Shown here: positions 56,735-64,000 of the stretch, piece after piece | Numbering within the stretch: the stretch's first letter is position 1 | Layout: each line of letters starts with the position of its first letter | Assembly: GCA_036170475.1 (NCBI GenBank) | Contig: JAVHPE010000126.1 | Span: 3,999-67,998 of the forward strand | Origin: Bacteroidia bacterium | GTDB taxonomy: Bacteria; Bacteroidota; Bacteroidia; 2-12-FULL-35-15 | Direction: 5' to 3' | Length of the DNA: 64,000 bases | The notes under the pieces: model-generated | The model's input: only the letters and a program-made list of their open reading frames with translations | Database searches by the model: none | What the model was told of the DNA's origin: nothing | Program-made: the position numbers and the translations under genes

Positions 56735-57610
56735 CTACAAAACATTCAATAACTGTTCTTTAATTTTTTCCAATTCATCTTTCATTTGTACCACTAATTT
56801 TTGAATTCCCGCATCATTCGCTTTTGAACCAATTGTATTTATTTCGCGACCAATCTCCTGAGAAATAAAACCAAGTTTACGACCGCTGGCAGGCTCTTGT
56901 AAAGTATTCATAAAATAATCGAGATGGGTTTTTAATCGTAATTTTTCTTCCGTAATATCGAGCTTTTCAATATAATAAATCAATTCTTGCTCAAAACGGT
57001 TTTCATCTATTTTTTCTTTTTCAACGAGTTCGGCAATATTGTTTTTTATACGGGCTCTCACACTTTCAACTCTTGCGCTATCCATCCTTAAAACGTCAGC
57101 TAATAATCCGTAAATTATCCCAATGCGGGTTTGAAATTCCTTATCAAGTATTTTACCTTCATCTGAACGGAACTTTTGAAATGCATCTATTGCCTTATCA
57201 ATCGCTATTTTTACTTGCTCCCATTCTGCTTCATCTAATTCCACCACTTCTCTTTCGGCTTTCATTACATCCGGCATCTTTAACGCTAATGCCAATAAAT
57301 TTGAATTGCTCTCATTCATTTCATCAGCTAAAGCTTTCAACTCCTTATAATATGTTTTTATCAATGTTTTATTAATGGCAATCGGCAATGTTTCCTGAGT
57401 TGATTCGGTGTAAACCGATAAATCTATTTTACCACGTTCTATTTGTTTGGAAATATCGCTACGAAGTCCAAGTTCCTTTTCCTTGTATAAATAGGGTAAT
57501 CGCAAATTCAAATCCAAAGCCTTGCTGTTAAGTGAACGCACTTCAACTGTCACTTTTTTCCCTGGAATTTCAGTTACGGATTTTCCAAAACCGGTCATTG
57601 ATTTTATCAT
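56735..57610 (-). CDS. yicC: YicC/YloC-family stress-induced protein
   Basis: MIKSMTGFGKSVTEIPGKKVTVEVRSLNSKALDLNLRLP is the YicC N-domain, and the DUF1732 C-terminus ...FISQEIGREINTIGSKAND is present. Confidence 0.8.
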   Translation of the reverse strand: MIKSMTGFGKSVTEIPGKKVTVEVRSLNSKALDLNLRLPYLYKEKELGLRSDISKQIERGKIDLSVYTESTQETLPIAINKTLIKTYYKELKALADEMNESNSNLLALALKMPDVMKAEREVVELDEAEWEQVKIAIDKAIDAFQKFRSDEGKILDKEFQTRIGIIYGLLADVLRMDSARVESVRARIKNNIAELVEKEKIDENRFEQELIYYIEKLDITEEKLRLKTHLDYFMNTLQEPASGRKLGFISQEIGREINTIGSKANDAGIQKLVVQMKDELEKIKEQLLNVL

Positions 57611-57885
57611 ATATTTCTTTATTTGAAACAAATGTATGATTTTTTTATTTTACCATGCAGGTAACAAGCCTTGGGTGTACGACAAATATCCCTAACTATT
57701 TTTATTCCAAACCATACGGCAATGTCATTGAGTTATGGAACTTTCAAACATAAATGTCTCCCCAAGGTCTTCTACAGGCTTTGACTGAGTGCGCTAGGTC
57801 AGTCTGATTAAACAATTAAAAAAATTTAAAGCTCTTTGAAAATGACACAAAAAATTTTAAAATTACAGCAAACAAAAAGCATTTT

Positions 57886-58110
57886 TTCTTTTTGCTTGAT
57901 CAAAAAGAAACAAAAATTCAGTGGGGTGCGGCTGATGTCTCCCGCATAATGCGGGACGAACTGCAATTTTTTCAAGCCAAGTTTTGGCTGGTTTTGTGTG
58001 AAAGAAAAAATTGGTTTGGTTTTCGTGGTCTCTTTTTATTGCTGGCACACAATCTCGCTCATCCCGCCACAGGCGGGCTGCCGCTTTCTTTTGGAGAAGC
58101 AAAAGAAAGT
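57886..58110 (+). ncRNA. candidate structured non-coding element B (paralog of element A)
   Basis: 5' hairpin TTCTTTTTG-cttgat-CAAAAAGAA (57886-57910). Conserved blocks GGTGCGGCTGATGTC (57925), GGTTTGGTTTTCGTGGTCTC (58013), and 3' hairpin CTTTCTTTTG-gagaag-CAAAAGAAAG (58084-58109). Internal hairpins TCCCGCATAATGCGGGA and CCCGCCACAGGCGGG. Confidence 0.3.
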
Positions 58111-58187
58111 AAAATGTCCAATGAGTAAAAAAGTTATGTTTCATAAAAAAGTAATATTGTAAGTAATTGAAAAAAAATTAGCTACAT

Positions 58188-58232
58188 AGTGTGTCATTGG
58201 AAGCCTGTCGAAATATGTGCGATGGCTTCTTA
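58188..58232. repeat. REP-like repeat, family 1, half copy
   Basis: TCATTGGAAGCCTGTCGAAATATGTGCGATGGCTTCTTAA versus 21209-21247 TCATATTGAGCCTGTCGAAATATGTGCGATAGCATCTTAA. Confidence 0.6.
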
Positions 58233-58677
58233 AATTATGAGATTAGGGAAATTTGTCGTACACCCCAAGCCTTTGAACAGAAAATCTTAACGATAAGCCG
58301 GCATTTTAAAATAAAATTCATCTCAAATTTAATGAAACATTAAAACTTATTTTTCGTAGAATGTGTTCTAAAAAATTAACATCATTTAACAAAAAATGAT
58401 TGTATATGTTAAAATAAATGGTATATTGCGTAACGGTATTACATATTATCTTAAACAATCCCACAATAGTGGAGGATCAACTATAATATCCCATCAAAAT
58501 AAAAAAGTTTTTGCGAATTTTTTACTGATTAACAACAATAAGTGAGACAAAGAGATTGGAAATAATCTTTGATGATTGTCTATTATTCTTCTTTTTTAAT
58601 TTATTATTTTTTTACTAATCTGAATATAAACTGTGGGCTCATCTATAAAGCATACCGACTCTTAACTCAACCATATT

Positions 58678-61600
58678 ATGAAAAAAAAACTACCTTCACT
58701 TTTCGCAAAGAAACTGCTTTTTCTGGGTTTTTTATGTGTTGTTTCATTTAGTTCATTTTCCCAAAGTGGTAGTGTAATTATTTCACAAACTGTCCCACCT
58801 TCAGTTAATGTTTGTGATAGCGCACAGTTTATTATTAAAATTCAAAACATTACCGGCAACCCGCTTAATGGAATATTATTAAACGTGTCTATGCCCGGAG
58901 GCGTAAATTATAAAGGCTCCTTAAGTAGTTTACCTGTTGGCGTTGCGGTATCAGATATTTCCAACCTGCAAAATCCTGTTTTTGCAATACCTACAATTCC
59001 AGCGTTTAACTCTATTTTCGTACTCTTTTATGCCAATGTTGATTGTAGCATCATTGCATACCAGCAGCAGGGTAACCCTATATTAAATACCGCTACTGTT
59101 ACCTATACAAATTCAACCACCGATCAAAATATTTCAACCACTTACAATGTAAATGCGCCTACTTTAGTAATCACTACTTTTACTAATCAGTCCTATACTG
59201 GTGCTGTTGGAACATCCTTTACCAGATGCATAACTGTCAAAAATAGTGGAATCGGCTCCTTAACTTCTTTTACATTTACAGATGCGCATGGTCCTGAGAT
59301 TAGTATTTTAAGTGTGACTAATGGCATTCTTAGCGGAAACACAACCAACGATACTGTTTCTGTTTCAGGAACAGATTTTACCACTATTGGAGACGGGGAT
59401 AATTTATTTGAAAGTGGAGAATCCATTATCATTTGCGAGACTGTTAAAATAGTTGCTTGCATCCAACCGGGTGTTGCATCAAGTATAAAGGCATATTGGG
59501 GTTGTGATAATCAAACGGCTTGCCAGACTGCATCTACCACAGCTAATGTGACGGAAGTCCCTGTAGGAACCCCTGATTTAGTGATTACTCCAACTGAATC
59601 ATTTGAAACTTGTCTGGATCCCTTAATTGCCCGTAAACAGTTTTTACAAATTGTAAATATTGGTGCCGGTTCTGCCAATAATATTGCGATGGATATCTAC
59701 CAAGGTTCTTTTACAGTTCCCAACAGCAATTACCAAAATAGAATTGATGAAACCAGTTTTACTGTTCAAACAGGTATAAATGGAAGTCCTATTGTAGTTG
59801 TAGTTGACAGTGCATTAAATAATGCTACCTATTCTTGTCTTGGACCAAATCCCAAATACCGTGTTTTTCTGAGAATTCCTCTTGTTATTAATCCTATAAC
59901 TGATACTGTATATCTGAAATGGGATTCGTATGCCTGTTGCCAGATAAACAGTTGTGACAGCTCTTACCTCACTGCGGTTGCTCCCTGGGAATTTAAAGGA
60001 AAATACACCGATGCCTGCGACAGTACTGTGACGTATGACATATTCCCTACAAGCGGTGGTTCAATATATGGCAGGTATCTTAATACTTCTATGACACCGG
60101 AAGATATGCCAACTGACATAATAGGAGCAACAACTACTACCTTTGAACATTCTGCAACTAATTGGCAAAATGAACTTGATTCCGCCCCTGGAGCCTATTA
60201 CCAGGTGGAGATTACAGTTCCTCCCTGTTTTGTGCTTGCATCTAATTCTAACCCGGTAAGATTCATCTATAATCCGAATGGTACTTTCTGGTATCCCAAT
60301 TCCCCACCAACAATTTCAGGGAATGTAGTAACAGCTATTTTTACAACACCCGATCCTTTTGGGGTAAACGGACTTAGCTCATCTTCCCTTCTTTTCGATT
60401 TAACCTCTGATTGTACCAGTTGCCCGGATTCATTAAAGTGGGGGCAGAACATTTCTGTAGATATTAAATATAATGCCGATCCAAGTTGTGTAAAACCATG
60501 CCTTTTAAAGGTATACTGCAATACAAGTGCGGTAAATCTTCACTGTGGAAGTTGTGGTCCGGGATGGGGAGGAATGCAGTTTTTAAGCTATAAAATGGAA
60601 CGTACCAGTTACGGAAAACCGGATAATAACAATGATGGATTGCCTGAAGGAGGAAGCGTGAATCTGAGTGTTATTAAAAACCGAAGAGCCATGTTTGGCG
60701 ATACACTTACGGGATATTTTAAAGGAGTTATTGATACATCTCTGGCTAATCTTTCATTTCCTTATGCGTATGCCACTGCTTCAATAAATAATCTGGGTAA
60801 CTATCTTTCATTTATTGATGCCAGTGTTACTATCTTTGATAAAAGTACAGCAACAACATATACCTGCAATAATGTGCCGCCATTATCTGCTGCACCAAGC
60901 GGAAGCAACTTTAATTCAGATTTTGATATCAGCCCTTTGTATTTGAATACCAATGGCTGTACCATACCCGGAGGCTTTGTTTTTGAAGATGGTGATTCGG
61001 TATCATTGAATCACAGGTACAAAGTAATTGCAAATACCGGGGGTCCTGTTATCTCCAGCAACACTACCACTGATTTTTACGCGAGTAATATTCCTAATCC
61101 TCCACCTACTCCTAATCCGGCAAATAAATTTTCATGCGATAACTATTCCGGGAACTATGTTTCGCTTTATGGATATTATTTTAAAAGTGATACTACAGAA
61201 ACGTATGTAACTAAATCCTGTAATGCACCTATAATAAGAAACTCCAACTATATGAGCATAGGACCATGTTGCCAAAATTATGGCAGCAATAAATTCCCTT
61301 TTGAATATCGCCCTTGGGCAAATATTGATACAATTAAGGTGACAATACCTTTTGGATATGATTACGTTTCAGCCACAGTAGATGGTATCGGGCAGGTTTC
61401 TACTCCTATCAGCCCTATTAATCCATTATCTGACACATTGTTGTTTGATATGGGAGCTTTATACAGCAGCGGAACATGGTCCGATTATAGTTTTGACGGA
61501 TATGAAAATGCCATCCATGTTACAATAATACCCACCTGCAATGTAGCTAATAGCGCATTAAACCAAATTTTATATGAAGATACTCATAAAAAAGTGCCCT

Positions 61601-64000
61601 TTATCGGCGGCGGAAATTCTACTGTTAACTTTACTGATTTTATAGCTTATACATCTCCACAAATTACGTTGGCATCAACATTGCAAACGGTAAATGGTAT
61701 TAACAACATTGAATCCTGGGAAATAACACTCTGCAACACATCAAATAATTCAACTGCCAATAATTCATGGGTAAGTTTCGTATCTCCTAATGGAGATATC
61801 ACTCCATTGGATGTAATAAATGTTGCCACTTTAGATACAATAACTCCGCTTGGGGGCATTTATCCGCTGGGTACACGAACATTCAATACTTGCGAAACAT
61901 ACCGTATTATGTTTACTTATACAGCATGCTCTTTGGATAGTTTAATTGTAAATGCAGGTTTTAATTGTGCCGGTTACCCCGATTCGCTTTCAAAATATAC
62001 TTGTACACCTATAACACTTCCACTATATGTTGATCCAAAGCCTGCCGCTCTTCAAATGCAGATATCTGGTCCAATAAGAGATACAGTAGCTTTGTGTGAT
62101 ACTACAGGTTATGAAGTGGTATTAAATAGCGTACTGTTATCCTCAGTATATAACATGGTACTCACGGCAACGCTTCCTGCAGGAATGTCGGTAGCACCGG
62201 GGACATCAGAAATTTTATATCCGGAAACGCCGGTAGTCTGGTCACCAATTTCCGATCCTGTTGCTAATCAATGGTATTTATCTGATTCAATTTTGCAGTT
62301 GTCCAGTGGCCTACTCGGAGTGAATTCACCTAATGACGATCAGATACGGATACGATTCAAAATTCGTCCCGATTGTAATTTCACATCAGGAAGTACAGTT
62401 CCTTTTTCTACCACCTCTACAAATATTTGTGGGCAGAGCCTTCCAACACAAAATGCTACTTCAGGTCCGCTTTACATTCAGGGGATTGAGCAGTTAAATG
62501 TAACTTCGATGGCTGTGACTATTGATACAATACGTCCTTGTGGTATTCCTTCGTTAGTAACTGTTAAAGTATTGAATGTTGGACCTAATGCCACTACCGG
62601 AAATGAACATTTTGATTTTCCAAGCTCAAATGGAAGTACTTATGTATCCGGATCTTTCATAGGAATTTTAAACGCTCCTAACATTGGAACCCCTTCTACC
62701 ATTACGTTAAACGGAGACAGCTATATGGACTGGCAATTTCCGGTGGGTGTACTCCCAATGGACACTGTTATCTTTACCTTCTTAATAAATTTCAACCCTG
62801 ATTCAATTGATTGTTCAAATATTGTTTTCCCGGTAAAAACAACAGGATCTTTCAGTGCGGTATGTATTGCTGATAACAGTGTTTGTATTATGACTGCCAT
62901 AACAAGCGCAGCTGATATCAGTGTTCCTGTAAGTAAGCCATGTTTATCAGTAACTACTTTAGTTGCCAGTTCAACACCTGCCAGTAATGGAGAAAATATT
63001 TCAGTAGATTATACTATTTTTAATTCCTGCGCTGATAAAGCTACCGGTCTGCCAGTTGTTGTTTATTTTTATTTTGATAATGACAATAATGGTGTGCATT
63101 CCATCGGTGATACACTAATCGGAAGTAATACCACAACCGATTCAATACTCTCAAATACAGGAAATACCTATAACAATATCAGCTTTTTTTCAACATCAGC
63201 TCAGGCATGTTCAATTCTGGCAGTACTTGATACTTCTGCCAATGCTTGTACCTGTTCTAATAGTTTAATCACTTCAACACTTCCACTTTTAAATGCTGGA
63301 GTTGATACAGCTTTCTGTTCAGGGGATAGCTTAGTTATAGGGTTGATAAGCACTACAGGATACACCTATTTGTGGGCACCGGTTACAGGATTGAGTAATT
63401 CTACCGCTTCATCAACTACTATTACACTTACAAATAATACCCTGGCTCCGATAACACAGGCATATACTCTCACAACCAACAGGATAGGATGTACAAGTAC
63501 GGATACAGTTCAGATCACTGTTAATCCGATACCGACTGTAACAGCAACACCTGTAGCACAAACGTTTTGTTCCGGAGATAGTACATTAATAGCTTTATCA
63601 AGTACTGTGGCGGGAACTACTTTTTCATGGACAATCAACCAATCGGGTGTTACAGGAGCAACAGCAGATACAGGAGCTACAATTATACAAACATTAACAA
63701 CGCTGGGATCTATTGCAGGTACTGTAGTTTATACGATTACTCCATCTTCAAACGGATGTCCGGGAAATGCAGTTACTGTTACAATTACCGTAAATCCAGT
63801 GGATAACAGTGCGGCTTTTAACTATACATCAGGCACCTATTGCCAGTCAGGACCTAATCAAACTCCTACAATCACTGGGTTACCGGGAGGTGTTTTTTCA
63901 TTCACTCCTGCCGGCTTATCAATTAATCCATCCACAGGGACAATTGATTTATCTGCGAGTGCTTTGGGTATTTATGTTGTTACGTATACAACTTCGGGTA
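58678..64000 (+). CDS. giant repeat-rich surface protein / adhesin, N-terminal part (over 1774 codons, 3' end outside window)
   Basis: Uninterrupted frame-1 ORF from ATG at 58678 to the window end. Signal peptide MKKKLPSLFAKKLLFLGFLCVVSFSSFSQSG. The distal part carries about 90-aa Ig/PKD-like repeats (TVNPIPTVTATPVAQTFCSGDSTLIALSSTVAGTTFSWTI...). Not in the ORF table because no stop falls within the window. Confidence 0.75.
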   Translation, partial: MKKKLPSLFAKKLLFLGFLCVVSFSSFSQSGSVIISQTVPPSVNVCDSAQFIIKIQNITGNPLNGILLNVSMPGGVNYKGSLSSLPVGVAVSDISNLQNPVFAIPTIPAFNSIFVLFYANVDCSIIAYQQQGNPILNTATVTYTNSTTDQNISTTYNVNAPTLVITTFTNQSYTGAVGTSFTRCITVKNSGIGSLTSFTFTDAHGPEISILSVTNGILSGNTTNDTVSVSGTDFTTIGDGDNLFESGESIIICETVKIVACIQPGVASSIKAYWGCDNQTACQTASTTANVTEVPVGTPDLVITPTESFETCLDPLIARKQFLQIVNIGAGSANNIAMDIYQGSFTVPNSNYQNRIDETSFTVQTGINGSPIVVVVDSALNNATYSCLGPNPKYRVFLRIPLVINPITDTVYLKWDSYACCQINSCDSSYLTAVAPWEFKGKYTDACDSTVTYDIFPTSGGSIYGRYLNTSMTPEDMPTDIIGATTTTFEHSATNWQNELDSAPGAYYQVEITVPPCFVLASNSNPVRFIYNPNGTFWYPNSPPTISGNVVTAIFTTPDPFGVNGLSSSSLLFDLTSDCTSCPDSLKWGQNISVDIKYNADPSCVKPCLLKVYCNTSAVNLHCGSCGPGWGGMQFLSYKMERTSYGKPDNNNDGLPEGGSVNLSVIKNRRAMFGDTLTGYFKGVIDTSLANLSFPYAYATASINNLGNYLSFIDASVTIFDKSTATTYTCNNVPPLSAAPSGSNFNSDFDISPLYLNTNGCTIPGGFVFEDGDSVSLNHRYKVIANTGGPVISSNTTTDFYASNIPNPPPTPNPANKFSCDNYSGNYVSLYGYYFKSDTTETYVTKSCNAPIIRNSNYMSIGPCCQNYGSNKFPFEYRPWANIDTIKVTIPFGYDYVSATVDGIGQVSTPISPINPLSDTLLFDMGALYSSGTWSDYSFDGYENAIHVTIIPTCNVANSALNQILYEDTHKKVPFIGGGNSTVNFTDFIAYTSPQITLASTLQTVNGINNIESWEITLCNTSNNSTANNSWVSFVSPNGDITPLDVINVATLDTITPLGGIYPLGTRTFNTCETYRIMFTYTACSLDSLIVNAGFNCAGYPDSLSKYTCTPITLPLYVDPKPAALQMQISGPIRDTVALCDTTGYEVVLNSVLLSSVYNMVLTATLPAGMSVAPGTSEILYPETPVVWSPISDPVANQWYLSDSILQLSSGLLGVNSPNDDQIRIRFKIRPDCNFTSGSTVPFSTTSTNICGQSLPTQNATSGPLYIQGIEQLNVTSMAVTIDTIRPCGIPSLVTVKVLNVGPNATTGNEHFDFPSSNGSTYVSGSFIGILNAPNIGTPSTITLNGDSYMDWQFPVGVLPMDTVIFTFLINFNPDSIDCSNIVFPVKTTGSFSAVCIADNSVCIMTAITSAADISVPVSKPCLSVTTLVASSTPASNGENISVDYTIFNSCADKATGLPVVVYFYFDNDNNGVHSIGDTLIGSNTTTDSILSNTGNTYNNISFFSTSAQACSILAVLDTSANACTCSNSLITSTLPLLNAGVDTAFCSGDSLVIGLISTTGYTYLWAPVTGLSNSTASSTTITLTNNTLAPITQAYTLTTNRIGCTSTDTVQITVNPIPTVTATPVAQTFCSGDSTLIALSSTVAGTTFSWTINQSGVTGATADTGATIIQTLTTLGSIAGTVVYTITPSSNGCPGNAVTVTITVNPVDNSAAFNYTSGTYCQSGPNQTPTITGLPGGVFSFTPAGLSINPSTGTIDLSASALGIYVVTYTTSG

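Noticed and set aside
1-64000. tRNA, rRNA and tmRNA genes
   Set aside because: Scanned for T-loop (GGTTCGAATCC-like) and acceptor-stem/CCA contexts and for rRNA-like GC-rich long stretches. None found. GC-rich islands present are better explained as REP elements or the candidate elements A and B.

Overview
AT-rich (about 35% GC) chromosomal segment, probably from a Bacteroidota genome. Supporting this: T9SS-type C-terminal sorting domains, TAnnTTTG -7 promoter boxes, and GxxExxY and four-helix-bundle insert genes. There are about 55 protein-coding genes on both strands, and I found no rRNA, tRNA or CRISPR array. The ORF table lists only ORFs with both ends inside the window, so two edge-truncated genes were added by hand: an OmpA-like C-terminal fragment at 1-226 and a more than 1774-codon surface-protein ORF from 58678 to the window end.

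Identifiable content:
- Housekeeping genes: clpB, ettA, gmk, yicC, rlmF.
- A reductive pyrimidine-catabolism set (preA, preT, beta-ureidopropionase-like CN hydrolase, dihydropyrimidinase) that is interrupted by unrelated genes.
- A neutral ceramidase carrying the GDVSPN motif, and a threonine aldolase.
- Polysaccharide genes: glycosyltransferases, an epimerase and an SDR.
- A VTC/DUF4956 polyphosphate-type cluster.
- A PIF1-family helicase and a RelE/ParE toxin-antitoxin pair.
- Tandem paralogous lipoprotein families (Ala/Lys-rich and DUF5011).
- Three large repeat-rich surface proteins.

The most unusual things I can see directly:
1. Three single-gene cassettes (GxxExxY, four-helix-bundle, DUF559/Vsr-like endonuclease), each bounded by terminal inverted repeats that overlap the start or stop of the cargo or of a neighbouring gene.
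2. Two families of REP-like palindromic intergenic repeats.
3. Two paralogous GC-rich elements of about 200-430 nt with conserved sequence blocks, bounded by similar palindromic hairpins. These are either a candidate sRNA family or MITE-like units.
4. A protein made of five tandem HTH-like repeats.
5. A Tyr/His/Trp-rich low-complexity secreted protein beside the VTC cluster.

All calls come from reading the sequence and recalling protein-family signatures. No database search was possible.
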